Of a DNA stretch of 34,379 nucleotides, positions 12,246-25,660 are shown piece by piece (the stretch's first letter is position 1; each line of letters opens with the position of its first letter). The DNA lies in contig JAQGDQ010001569.1 of NCBI GenBank assembly GCA_030141605.1, forward strand, positions 1-34,379. The letters run 5' to 3'. Made by a program: the position numbers and the translations under genes. The DNA comes from Tubiluchus corallicola. Taxonomy: Eukaryota > Animalia > Priapulida. Below the pieces are notes generated by a model that was given only the letters and a program-made list of their open reading frames with translations, did no database searches and had not been told where the DNA came from.

Positions 12246-12944
12246 AAGGGGCAGAGAAGCTACTGAATTAATGGACCACTGGTGACACTGACAAGTTCCC
12301 CATTAGGCACACATGATAAAGCCGCTGCAACTCCACTGATGACAATAATAGGTACACTTCACCAGCCCTGTGTATGTGCAATTTCTGAGCAAGATATCTA
12401 TGCCTCTATTATTGATAACATTATTGGCAGGCGTAATTGAATTCCACGTTTGAGTAGCTGATCTCACGACCAACACCACTTATCTGAGGTGCGATAAGTC
12501 GAAGAAATATGGCTGAATCGCATGTATTGATCTTGGCATGTAGACATGTCTATCTAAGCTTTTACTATTCTAGGCCTATGCATTATGCAACATCTAGCAC
12601 TTTGTATCGATTACGTCACTCTTTTATTAACTTCATTAATTTTTTATAAAGTTTATTGTAATCACAGGTTGAAATGATTCTCTTATTTCAAAGTAAAATA
12701 TACTCATAATAAGACGAAAACATGATCAATATCACGACAACAGACCTGTCATAAAAGAACTTTAATTTAATTGTTAAATTAGTGATTTCCAAATGCGATG
12801 TTAGTAATGAAAATTGAATTGAATTACTGGATTCTTTATTAATCCTCATAATAGTTTTTTTTGTCGAAATATTATGTTTTAACAAAGGAAATCTAAAAGA
12901 AACTTAATGACCCGATGAAGACATTTTTGTGTTTTAATAAAAAA

Positions 12945-13560
<616 letters not shown>

Positions 13561-14059
13561 CGCTCTTTCCCAATTAGGTGACGCCAAATGGCTCGAATGT
13601 TAGAATTTTCTTCCCAGGTATTAGACTTGAACTCTTCACAGGTGCCTCTACGACTTCACAGCGCTTCTTCTGAAGACCTGTTTCTTCTTTTCAACATAGA
13701 GAGTTAGTTCACTATACAGAATTCGTTTAGGGAAACACTCTTCTATCATTCGCTTGGCCGGTAAAACGAAGCTGGTGCCTTGCAATGAAACCTTCTATAC
13801 GGGGTACATCAAACCTGTTAAAAAATCTTGACATCTGTTCACTTATGTTGCCAAGGAATGAGAAGGCGCTAGAGGCGCGATTCTGATATTATTCAAGAAT
13901 TTTCATCTAAGTCTCACATCCGTATAATAATGTGGGTATGACTATCGCTTTATAAACCATTATCTTAGTTGCATTTTTTAAATCGTGGTCTTTAAAGCTT
14001 ATGTGACATACCGCAGCTATACGAAATGGATCATATTGATAATAGTTTTAAAGCTTTAA

Positions 14060-14737
14060 AGGACAAAGGGTACCTAAAGCAGGGTTTAAGAAAAATCGCC
14101 TTAAGAAATTACATTACTTTATAGCAATTTTATGCGTATATCGTATTTTCCTTGAGAGGACTTTTTGTTTGTTTTCATTTTAAATCTCCTGCAGTACTGT
14201 TCCGAAGTCGCCATTAGTTGGCGTCACTACGTAAACGTAAATCAGGGAAGAAAAGGCAATGTTAAATTGTGTCCCAAAAAACTTTCCACGCAAATCTATG
14301 TTACTTAGATTTTCGCTTACCTGCTATAAAGACTTATGTAACTAGAAAAGAAAATTATTAATTATTTAAAATGTTTTCACCAATTGGTAAAATGTTGCTG
14401 ACTCACCCTCCAGGATGCACCTCTCACTAACCAAAAACGTATTTTTAATGTTATTGACAAGATACAGTAATTTAAAATTTTACTTAGTTAGTGACGTGTG
14501 CGCTACGAATGCTCTGATTAAATTTTCAAACTTTATTTAATGTTATCAAAACGTGTTTCAAACAACCTACCATTAAAATGGCTGCGTCTAACGGTCATCG
14601 CGGGAGTTTAAATTTACATGTTTTATACAGCGTGACTGCCGATTGAAGTCCTGCACGCAAAAAGGCAGCATGTAAGCGATATAAAATTTCAAGACGAATT
14701 TCTTGAGCTTTATGTTTATGGAGGGTTTTCTTGTAAT
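14060..14737 (-). mobile_element. Kolobok/T2-MITE-like element, near full-length copy (~680 bp)
   Basis: Begins ttaa|aggacaaagggtacct; far end ggttttcttgtaat|tcaa is a degenerate TIR. Reverse complement aligns with 38-466, 22402-22812 and 30741-31150. Confidence 0.75.
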
Positions 14738-15342
14738 TCAATTTAAGTATTGGTAGCTATGAAGTATAGTAAAGTGGTAGAATCTGGTAATTATAGTTAT
14801 TGTTATAAAGGTTGTTTGATTTGGATACATTTTTATTTACATTTACATAGTTGGTTCACCATAAAGGTATAAATCACATATTTCACCCTTTTCTAATGTT
14901 TCCTCTGGTCGATGAAAATAAAAGATTAGCGCTCGGAAACATCCTACAATCTCAGAACATTAGTAAAATTTATACCTCTCGTGACAAAAACCTGCTAGAT
15001 GCTTTCACTGAGTTAGTTTGTGATTCGTTTTTACAAACTTTAGTATAAAATATTGAATTTTGCGTAACAGAACAAATCTGTAGACATCTAATTTTTCTGT
15101 TTCTAGTCACTTTTATATTATACAGGTCGTTTTGTGTAAACTGATGCTATTAGATTTTAGTTGTTCTTTTATCTTATTTTGAGGTACGAAATCCGTGATT
15201 TATTGGTATATAAAAATCTTACGAATGCAACGGCTATTTTATTTACAAAGTTTTTTAACCATACCCTGCAAATACAGGGTCACTGTATGTATTTTATGTA
15301 AATATTTGTATATGTTTATATTATAAATTTTAAATGAAGAGT

Positions 15343-15546
<204 letters not shown>

Positions 15547-15831
15547 TTTCATCCAGGAACGATGCTATGAATTGCAATGAGCTCTAGACATGATTAAAAT
15601 GTCATTATTTCTTTTTATTGATTAGCTGTTTAAAAACAGTAACACATAGAATACCCGAGTTTAACTTTTACGATTTCGATGTGGCGGAGGTGACTTTTTA
15701 CACTGTAAACAGCGGACTAGATGCTAAACGCAAGAACAATCTAGACTCGAACTATGGAATGTAATCGGACATTGATTAAGACAAACTTTAGCAACTTGAG
15801 AGGCTACAGTACGCGACCATTATCTGGAATT

Positions 15832-15908
15832 GTACGTACCACTCTAAACCCACTCTGTTGAATATGGGAGTACGTACCACTCTAAACCCACTCTGTTGAA
15901 TATGGGAG
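15832..15908. repeat. Perfect 38-bp tandem duplication
   Basis: gtacgtaccactctaaacccactctgttgaatatggga x2. Confidence 0.92.
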
Positions 15909-16210
15909 AGCACAACTGCCAACTACAAATACTCGACGATTCCACTTAAAACGACGTTCATTTATTAAATTTGAAGCGAAGTGTGGCAGCTGGAGGAAAG
16001 AAGGCAGTAATAGGGCTTAATAAAAAAAGAAATAAAAAGAGAAAAGGGTCACATTTGAACCGCAGGAGATATATGACTTTAGAGAAATTCAATGACAACA
16101 GCAAAAACGCAAACTGGTGGAAAATATGAGTGACAAAAGAAAACTGCGCTTTCAGATAGATAGGCACCTCTATTTCAGACTTGGATAGCACCTCTATTTC
16201 AGACTTAGAT

Positions 16211-16440
16211 AGATGATGATCATGATGATCATGATGACCATGATAATGATGACGATGATGAATTAAATGCTGCTGCTGCTGATGATGATAATGATGACGA
16301 TGATGATGATGGATTAAATAATGCTGGCTGCTGCTGCTGCTGCTGATGATGATGATGATGACGATGATGATGATAACCATGATAATGATGATGACGATGA
16401 TGATGATGATGATGATTATGAAGGTGATGATGATGATGAC
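16211..16440. repeat. Compound (ATG)/(CTG)n microsatellite
   Basis: Direct reading. Confidence 0.95.
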
Positions 16441-17309
16441 AGTTATGACGTCTTGTTGCTGTCACTGTCGTATTGTTGCGATTACTAATATGTATTACTT
16501 TGTTAACCGTGCTATTTTCTTACTTGTGTTTATCCCTTCAGAAATGCACAGAGTATAATTATTCTATAGACGTTCGTACTCTTACTGTTCTCATCGAAAA
16601 TATTCCTCAAGGTATTTAAATTACGCTAATTACAGCAATTTAACGAGGAATGCCATCGCGAACGAGCCGTCATTTTCCAGATTCTCGGTTTAAATCACGA
16701 TCAGTGAACGCGTAAAATCAATTCAGTCGGTTGACTCAACCCTCTCATTATGGGGAGTAATAGAAGGGGAGGAATGTTGACACTCAAACATGGCACAACC
16801 CTGGACGTGTTTGATACAGGAAGGCAAAATATTTGTCTACTTGAATAGTGGATTTATGCTTAAAAACGAAATGAGCCGCAAGCAAGAGACTCTTGAATTT
16901 ATGAAAAGACGATGAATGAGTGACAGATCATGATAAAGATCGAGGAAACTCGTCTGGGATTTTGAAACATGGCAGTTATCAGCTTTTCTTAGCTTCCATG
17001 CAAATTCTTTAGAAACGACATCTTTAATTAACTCTTAATCATGATTCTTAAAGATACTTTCATCACTTTAGGCAACTTACATATTAATTTTACATTTTTT
17101 TGTTTTTGCTTAACCATCTAAATTTCAGGACCTAGATATTTCGAATTTTGATCATATTGATAAGAATGAATGTTACCAAGTTTGAAAACAACAAGTTGTA
17201 CTTTTCAACAAAATCGTCGGTTATATCATTAATACTAGTCTAGATCACTGGATTCTAGTTTAAAAAAAGAGGTAATGATGACTAAAACAGCTGCGCAAAT
17301 ACCAAAAAA

Positions 17310-17419
17310 TGTTGTTGTTGTTGTAGTTGTAGTTGTAGTTGTAGTTGTAGTTGTTGTTGTTGTTGTTGTTATTATTGTTGTTGTCGTCGTCGTAGTCGTC
17401 ATCATTCTCGTCATCATCA
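17310..17419. repeat. (GTT)/(GTAGTT)/(GTC)n microsatellite
   Basis: Direct reading. Confidence 0.95.
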
Positions 17420-18037
17420 CCTATTGCTGAACATTAAGTAAACAAACTTTAGCAATTACTACAAAAAAACTGTGCCCTCAAAAATTCCTCGCCTACGTTG
17501 ACTCCAGTCTGACGCAAATTTAATGCGGGACATTTCTGTAAAAAGCAACAGCAAATTTAAGTTTTCAAGGAACATCATCAGTAAGCAGCCTTATTAATGA
17601 AGCTGCCGAACTATTTTTTCTGTGAAGTTTGAAGAAATTACTCTCTTAATTCCACAGTTAATTCCATAGGACACAAAAGCAAGCTATAACCAAAGCGCGT
17701 TTTCTACCATTTTGCACCTTTGAACCCTCATGTTTTTAATAGCGGGCTTTTCTTCTGTTTTAATAAAAACTGATTAGAAGTACGAGTTAATTGCGTTAAA
17801 ATGTGTAGTGATAAAAAATTTGGGTTGTGATAAATACTGTTTACGAGTATAAATACCAAAGTAAAGTTATGACGTTCTCAAAAAGTGAAACAGTGTGCAA
17901 TCAAGCACATATGTTGGCTGTTAGCACACGAAACACTACGCAATGAAGCACATATGTTTGCTGTCCGCGCACGCTGTGCCTATAAATTCAGCACCAAGTG
18001 TCATCTCTGGTCCCACACCGTCACCTGGAGAATTCCA

Positions 18038-18105
18038 AACCTCAGTACCAGTCTTCTCATGTAACCTCAACCTCAGTACCAGTCTCCTCATGTAACCTCA
18101 ACCTC
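18038..18105. repeat. 31-bp tandem duplication
   Basis: aacctcagtaccagtc(t/c)tctcatgtaacctc-like unit x2. Confidence 0.85.
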
Positions 18106-18519
18106 CCTACCCTTAAATCGCAACGAAGAGTGTTCAGTCATTCGCTCGTGTAATTTCTAATATCCCTGCACTCGAATAGACGATTTCAGCGATTCTGGGG
18201 ATTTTGGTGGACAGAAACCATCGTTCTCATAAAGTCAGTGGGGGGCAAAAATAACCATTTGACGAGTGTTTTTTTCAGCAGATATTTCACGTAAGTAGGT
18301 AATTTTTGACAGCATTTAACAGACATAAACCAATTTCACAATAGCGAACATGCCGTCCTTGATAGTTAAATGTTATAATTACATCAAACAACTGTACTAA
18401 TTAACAACTTTTCCATTAGCATTGCACAAATGCAGCATTAATTTCTAAGCTGTCACAAAAGGAAGACAAAATACGTAATAAAATATTGTTTTAGGGACCT
18501 GCATTAAGAAAACGGGATG

Positions 18520-18865
18520 ACGGGAGAGAGGAGAGAAGGAGAGCAGAAGAGACGAGGCAGGGGAGAGGAGGAGTTGGAGCCGAGCGGATGTGAGGTGAGA
18601 AAGGAGAGAAAAGGAGAGTAGGGAGGGGAGAGGGGAGAGGAGGGGGTGTGGCGGAGCAGAATGGAAGTGAGATGAGAGGAGAGGAGAGGCGAGGAAAGAA
18701 GAGGAGGGAGGAGAACAGATCAAGGAATATGAGAAAAGAGAGGCAGAAAGGGAAAGAAAGAAGTGAGAAGAGTAGAAATCGAAAAACTAGGAAAAGTGGG
18801 AAAGGTCTCTGGAGCGAAAAGAGAGGAAGGAAAGAAGAGGAAAGGAAAAAAGAAGAAAAAAGGAA
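18520..18865. repeat. Purine-rich (GA-rich) low-complexity tract
   Basis: Direct reading. Confidence 0.85.
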
Positions 18866-19659
18866 GCGGTGGCAAGCGGTAGGGAGGATATTGTGTATCG
18901 TGGTAGCTCTTACTACAAGATTTTATATATATTTTGCTGCAGATTATCGTGTACATTTCTTAAATTTCCGAACACTTAAGTTTTTGTTTAATTTAAATAC
19001 ATTCATTTCTTTTACTAATATTACTAATATATCAGCTGTAGTGCATATATGACACTCCGGTGTAATGTTTTTAACTGATTATATTCTAATCTAAAATTCT
19101 TAGTGTAAAATTCGCTTCTACGATTTTGCTTGATTCGCTTAAACGTCTAATTTTATTCTTATGAAGTGGCAAAGTCGTCAAGCCAACACTCGTTAAAGGA
19201 TACTTTCCCTGGTTTTACTGGAAATGCGGTCACGAATGCTTTAATGCTGCGCCAGTGTGAATACGAGGCTTGTTAAGGAGGTTAACTAGTGGATAGTATA
19301 AGTGTGCACATGAATAAACAAGAAATACATTAATTATCACCAGCTCTTATAAACAAGCCAGACTGGACGATGACTGCATATGCACAGATAAAAGTTTAAC
19401 ATGCTTCAAAGCACAGAAGCCTTTATCATGTAATAAATTATATGTTGTTGCACTATTTGGAAACCTTATTTTAAAATTTAGCTACAAAAATTAGTTAATA
19501 TTATTGTGCTGCGTAATCTGAGATACATAGAAGAAGTCTAAAGTCCATTTTCGCTTATAACAGCATGGATCATCTTGATACTTGGGCAAAACATGGTTTG
19601 TAAAAAAGTTTATTTTTTTGCAGTTTTTTCAGCCGCCTTTCCTTTACGGGTCTGTGATG

Positions 19660-19952
19660 TCTTCCTTCCGTTTTTATATTCTTTCCTTTCAGTTTGCTGC
19701 CCTTGCTGGTAGCCATACTTTCCGTCCAATATCTACTTTATTTGTTTCCTCTTCTTTCTTCTTGTTTATTTTTTCAACTTTTTCCATTTTGTTTCGTTTT
19801 TCGCGTGGGCTATCTTCTCTTCTTGAGCATTTTCCAAGTCCTTCGTCCTCTCTTTTTTCTTCAATCCGTTTCTCTTTTTCTTTTTCCTCTTTTTCACAAT
19901 CCGTTTTTTCCTTCTTGCTCTACCTCGATCTAGCTTTCTTTCCCTTCTTCTC
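19660..19952. repeat. Pyrimidine-rich (CT-rich) low-complexity tract
   Basis: Direct reading. Confidence 0.8.
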
Positions 19953-20723
19953 ACTTTAGGAATCATGACTCAGTAAGCTACTTAATTCTATCAAGTAACA
20001 CCAACGACCTGTAAACTTTCACTAAGAGTTAATTTGCTGATTAAAATCTATGGAAAGACCCCTAGCGTGACGAGTGACTGATTAATACGCGAAGATTAGT
20101 TTCTTCAGGTAATGAGTTGGCTATCTAGCATCGAATCCTAGCTTTGTTAAAGTGCAAAAGCTCTAGCCTAAATTAACCCGTTGTCAGTAGGTGTCATTAC
20201 AAGTAGGAGTTGCAAAGTCTCGGTAAAACGCTACGCCTTGTTTTGTTGTAACGTAGATTAAATGAAGCCAAAGCTGAATGGGCAAAAATGGACATTGTGG
20301 TCATTCATCTTCTACCAACCAACTTCTGATTCCCAAGTGAAAGGGATGTTTTTCAAGAACGACTGCAATTAATGATAGCAAAGTTTTTGTCCATAATTTT
20401 CCCCCTTGATAACCTCGTGTATTGCAGACTTGTACTACGGTTAAACCGTGGCCACAATTACCAAAACAAAGATGCTGATGAACACAACTATAATTTTTGC
20501 TGAAACCTACCGACGACTACAAGAATTATTCTACACTGTCAACCTGATATACGGATTTACATCACTTAACAAGCTCAGATCATATTCAAGCATTAATTGC
20601 TTTCAACGAAAAAGCAATTTCACATTTAATTTTCAAAGTGTAAGCTGCTTAATCTAATACAGTAATTGGGAATTTACAGTCGACAATCTGACAGGGAGTG
20701 AGAAGTGCAATTTTCAGCGCGGC

Positions 20724-21107
20724 CGCCATATTCAATGACGCCACTTCGCGGCCTCTAGCGGGAAACATGTGACTTAGTTCATAACGCAGCCGTTGTCTTA
20801 GCCTGACTCTCCTTTGTGTTACGTGTCAAGCTGACACTTTTGGTATTAGTTTAACTGTCTGTCTTATAGCTTTAACAGCTTTGAAGTATCTGGAAAACTG
20901 AAATGCAAAAGAGGAGAGGCAGTTATAGGAGTTGGGCAATCAAACGTTCAGTTTATAATAGCTAAAAGTGGGCAGATTTTGATAGCATTGGAGCTTAATG
21001 TCACTGTTTGGTCTTTCAAGGTCAATTTTCAACTTTCTCAAAAAGTTTGTGCTTTACCTTTTACCTAAAGTAAATTAAAACAACTGGCGCAGGTGACATC
21101 TAGTGGT
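20724..21107. promoter_or_regulatory. YY1-like motif plus two CTCF-like motifs
   Basis: cgccatatt 20724-20732; reverse complements ccgctagaggccgcg (20747-20761) and accactagatgtcac (21093-21107) resemble the CTCF core. Motif match only. Confidence 0.35.
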
Positions 21108-21239
21108 GATTATGGTAAATTTGGTTACTTGGATGTACGCTATTTCAAAAAACCAAAAGAGAAAATTGCTTAAAATTAAATCTCCCTCAGAACTATGCGT
21201 TGAGATTGTTAGCTGGGTACTCATACAGACGTAAGGCAG

Positions 21240-21858
21240 GTAAACAAAAATTCAAAGCTTCAACAAATAACCTGAGAAACACTTTAAAACTCCCAATCAT
21301 TGAAGCACACAAAGAATATTTTACTCTGTTTTTTATATTTAAATACATTAACAACATCAGCAAACCATTCCAGAATAACAGATTTACCTTTCTTCCAAAT
21401 CCTATCGTTAATTCCAGAACAAGCAATCTAAAACAAATTAGGGCAAATACCCACTATGGAACGAACTCTGTAATCAAGCAAGCAATTATGCTTTGGAATT
21501 CTCTACCATTACGGGTTAAACAAATCAAGTCCCTATCAGCATTTAAAACAAAATAAAAATCATTAATATTAACCAGATATGAAATACCATCACACCACTA
21601 CGACGACATACACACTAATTCAGAATTTATATATCCACGGCCATATTAATTAAATCATAATCTTTTTGTGAATAATTGTAATATGTTTTATTTTCATTCG
21701 TCATTACTTTCCATTACTACACAGTAGTTTAGATTGCACTGACGCAATTGCTTTTACCAGTGTAAGTTTTTATTAACTAACACTGATTGATCATCTCTGT
21801 AAAGTTTTTATCAGTGATTCTCAATGTATTTTAATGGCAAATAAAGATTATTATATTA
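21240..21858 (+). mobile_element. 5'-truncated LINE (L2/Crack-like) 3' end: ORF2 C-terminus, 3' UTR and tail
   Basis: Peptide ...ANTHYGTNSVIKQAIMLWNSLPLRVKQIKSLSAFKTK is typical of CR1-group ORF2 C-termini; ends aataaagattattat; second copy at 31253-31766. Confidence 0.85.
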
Positions 21859-22401
21859 AACTTTAGATAAGTGAGTGAGGCTGATAGACCAAATTGTACA
21901 ATACGTGGTACTGACCTGTGTGACATCTTATAAATTTCAGGCCATACGACATTTTTTGCACTGCCTGTACAAGTGAAATTAGTTTAAAAAGCATGGCCGC
22001 CAGTCTATGTTAAATTTAATCTTTAGAATTGGATAACTTGCACAATGTGCGGGTCAGTGCACCCAACATGTCAATTGTCGGCACTTCAGAAACTATGCTG
22101 TACTGAAACTTGACCTTAGTCAAATGTCGAACAGGCTTCTAAACCGTTTAGTAATTTTGAGCAGAGAATGTCAGGGCTCTTCATTTGTACATTTCATGCA
22201 GTATACCTATAGAGTAATACCCATAAGCTTGCAAGATTATCACTGCAAGAATAACTAATGATCCGTACCTCTCTATAATTAGGAACTAAAAGGTCGTTAA
22301 AAATCTAATTATTAATAATAGAAAAAACACAGATGATAGAGCTGCATTAATGTTCGTAACAACTGTAGAATTTGATGTTGTGCAGAACAATATTCTATAC
22401 T

Positions 22402-22812
22402 GTCACTAACTAAGTAAAATTTTAAATTACTGTATCAATAACATTAAAAATATGTTTTTTGGTTAGTGAGTGGTGTACCCTGGTGGTGAGTCAACGACAT
22501 TTTATCAATTGGTGAAAACATTTTAAATAATTAATAATTTTCTTTTCCAATTACATAAGTCTTTCAAGCAACTAAGTGAAATGCTAATTAATATAACTTT
22601 GCATGGAAAGTTTTTTGACACATTTTGATTTACGTGGCGTAGTGACGTCATGTAATGGCGCAGTCGGAACAGTGTTGCGGGAGATTTAAAATGAAAATAA
22701 ACGAAAATTCCTTTCAATGTGAGTACGATATGTGCATAAAATTGCTGTGAAGTAATATGATTTTTAAGGCGATTTTTCTGAAACCTACTTCAAGTACCTC
22801 TTTTCTTGTCCT
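22402..22812 (+). mobile_element. Kolobok/T2-MITE-like element, copy 3 (right ~60%)
   Basis: Collinear with 38-466; ends ttttcttgtcct. Confidence 0.75.
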
Positions 22813-23632
22813 TTTGAAAATTTTAAATGAAGTCGAATCTGAGTTAATATCGTACGTTTGAGATATAGAAAATTAGAGTTCTGAGTCGTACATCATCTCA
22901 TTGCAATTAATGTTACAGCTGGAACTCCAGGTGGAAGTAACACGAAACTCTAAGTGTAATTAGCAGTATTAACTGCCGCCTCACAACGAAGTGTAAAGTG
23001 GACACTATCAGAAAACACGTGGCCGCTAAAATAAAAAGGAACAAAAGGAAAAACAAGAAAGAACGAAACGCGTATCTCCCCGCAACAAATGCGATGTTAT
23101 TCACGCTACGTTAGTTCGAAGAAGAAAGGTGTTTTGTGTTAATTAGTGACTCCAGCGAACGAAACATTTTCGCAAACTTTTAGCAGACTAGAAAGCTACA
23201 AGACTGTGACAAGCTTTCAACTCGAAACGTAGAAATAATTCGTTAAATTCGGCTGCACTTTTTTTCTTGTTTTGTCAAAATGAAGCTAATGGAAGAGTTT
23301 TCATGATTTCAAACATTGAAGTCGGAATGAATAACGCTTGGATGAAAATTGTGCACTGAGAAGTTGTAATAGGCAAGAAAAAATGGAGGTGATACAGTTG
23401 GGTACAATGTAAAATTCGTGTTATTAAAGTTAGATAGCCAATTAACTAACATTAGAATATCTTTTATCTTAGCTCACCGGACGTTTTTTGTCTATAAGTG
23501 CTCGAGATGGTAAACTAAATTAATATTCAGTTTTTTGCGAGACAAAATTCGAAAAGATTTTTGTGCCGTTCGGCAGGCTGCAAGCTGATATCGAACTCTC
23601 ATCGGCCGGCCTACTTATTTCATTGATAGTTC

Positions 23633-23797
23633 TGGCGTGTTGTGGAATAGTTGCAGTTAATGGAGATTATGAGCGTAAACTGATTGTGGTGTGTTGTAGA
23701 ATAGTTGCAGTTAAAGCAGATTATCAGCGTAAACGTTTTGTGGCGTGTCGTGGAATAGTTGCAGTTAAAGCAGATTATCAGCATAAACTGTTTGTGG
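23633..23797. repeat. 54-bp tandem repeat x3 (diverged)
   Basis: tggygtgtygtrgaatagttgcagttaaagcagattatcagcgtaaac.. x3. Confidence 0.9.
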
Positions 23798-24575
23798 TTT
23801 CTTAATTTAAGAATCAAAATTTGTCTTCTGGCAGTCATACGCATTATAAATTTATACTTAGCAACTTACAGCAATGTTTTCTTTGATTTTAGTCCTTATA
23901 TTTCAATCTAAGTTATGTATAAATCATATTTTCTTTTTCCATTTTAACACTTGTTTAATTTTGATCCAGATTTCGAACATGTTTTCCATATTGTAAAAGT
24001 ATAAATGTAGAGATTGATTTTAATTTCTCACATTTTTTTCACATATCTCTATTGACACACTAAAATAAGTTGATGGTTTGAAGTACGTTAAGCGGTATGA
24101 CACGTACTTTCTAATGAAGCCCTCGAAAAACCCCAGATGCAAGCAAATACAAGTGCCTACATAACCTCCCTGAGAAAGCAGCAGAAACCGTGATGACTCT
24201 CGCTAATTACTGTGCAAATAGCGCCACTTACAGCAATTTGTCACTCGAGTTGTAATCATTAATTTTCAAATTAATTGACTGATAATGAAACACATCCACG
24301 CTGGTCGTTTTCCCTTTGAAAGCGGTGGTCGTGATTAATACGTCTGATAGAAACGCCTACTTCATTTTGTGATTGATCGTGATAATCATCAGTTCTGATT
24401 TTGCGCAGGAAGACTGCTTCTCAAATACCCACTACTGTACACTGTACACGTAATTACAAGCAAGTTTTACAGTGCAGACTTAAATCGGTCGATTATATAA
24501 GATGCAAGGCATCACAAGAAAAAAATAAACGCGTGCGACAACCCACCTCCCTTTCCCAGGAATTATTCACATACC

Positions 24576-24694
24576 GTCTACGGCCATATCACATTGAAAA
24601 CACCGGTTCTCGTCTGATCACCGAAGTTAAGCAACGTAGAGCCTGGTTAGTACTTAAATGGGTGACCGCCTAGGCATACCAGGTGCTATAGGCC
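24576..24694 (+). rRNA. 5S rRNA-like sequence (SINE head, not a functional 5S gene)
   Basis: gtctacggccatatcac...gatcaccgaagttaagc...ttagtactt(aa)atgggtgaccgcc...gtgctataggc, 119 nt; C-box gg>aa change; no oligo-T terminator. Confidence 0.9.
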
Positions 24695-25128
24695 TGCGGG
24701 ATGCCCACACTGTATCTCGACACTAGGCGGAGGAGCTGCACAAGCAGCCAACGGCTAGAGGGCGGAGGAGGTCAAGTGGCCATGTGTAGAGGAGTAAACC
24801 TTCCAAATCAGGAGTGGAGCCTCGAAGGCATACCAGTGCAGCATGCTTACTGACTCCGGCAGCTCCTGCAGCCAACCTGGTGCCAAACGTATCGCTCCGC
24901 TTTCCTTTGGACTGCACCAGGGAGGAAGAGAGGGGGTTCCTGCTGTCTGGGCAACTCCTGCTCCATACACCTTGCCCAGGCGTGCGCCCTGTAGAGGCTA
25001 CTCCAGTGGCTGAAGGATTGGACTGCTCAGCCACAGTCGATGCTGCAGCTCCATCAATGTGATCAATAACTGACTCTCTTGGCGCACATTCCATTGTCTT
25101 CCGAGACAGAAGGATGCCAACAAAACAA
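24576..25128 (+). mobile_element. 5S rRNA-derived SINE (SINE3-type), full-length, 553 bp
   Basis: Full 5S head runs into a ~430-bp GC-rich body with no T4 terminator; tail ggatgccaacaaaacaa; 11-bp TSD attcacatacc at 24565-24575 and 25129-25139; second copy at 29880-30377. Confidence 0.9.
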
Positions 25129-25194
25129 ATTCACATACCACCTCTGTTATACGAACCATTCCCATTTCCACTTCTCCTCCGCCCATGTACAGAG

Positions 25195-25275
25195 CTCGGT
25201 CGGTCGGTCAGTTGGTTAGATGAGTGACTTCTCAGGTTGATTGGTAAATTGGTTGGTAGTTCGTTCCCTTGGGTC
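25195..25275 (+). other. Possible highly decayed tRNA-derived SINE head
   Basis: A-box-like ggtcagttggttaga and B-box-like agttcgttccc at plausible spacing; no cloverleaf or TSD seen. Confidence 0.25.
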
Positions 25276-25542
25276 GTTTTCTTGTGCTAGTGTAATTATT
25301 CGTTTGTTGTACGTAATCAACCGTCGTTAGAATCATCATACAGTTGTGTATTTACACGTGTTCTCACATGCTGTTTACCAGGCGGATAGACAACGTAAAT
25401 GGATGGTCTCTGTTACCGTGACAAGACGGTCTTGGTTTTGAACGGCTGTACTATCTTGGCAATAAATTATCAAAGCTTTCAAAGCCATGTCATTAATTGC
25501 GAAAGTGATAATCATTTCTCACCATAAAATTGTCAAGTCGTG

Positions 25543-25660
25543 GAACTGTTTGCAGTAATACTGCTTAATACGACCATGGCTGAACTGTTTGCAGTAATAC
25601 TGCTTAATACGACCATGGCTGAACTGTTTGCAGTAATACTGCTTAATACGACCATGGCTG
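25543..25660. repeat. Perfect 39-bp tandem repeat x3
   Basis: gaactgtttgcagtaatactgcttaatacgaccatggct x3. Confidence 0.95.

Noticed and set aside
24576-24694. Functional 5S rRNA gene
   Set aside because: C-box substitutions, no oligo-T terminator, and it lies inside a TSD-bounded element with a second copy.
24751-24765. CTCF-like motif inside the SINE body
   Set aside because: Not conserved in copy 2 (acggctacaggacgg).
24723-25094. GC-rich ORFs in the SINE body (also 29879-30193)
   Set aside because: Frames are not conserved between the two copies because of indels; consistent with structured non-coding sequence.
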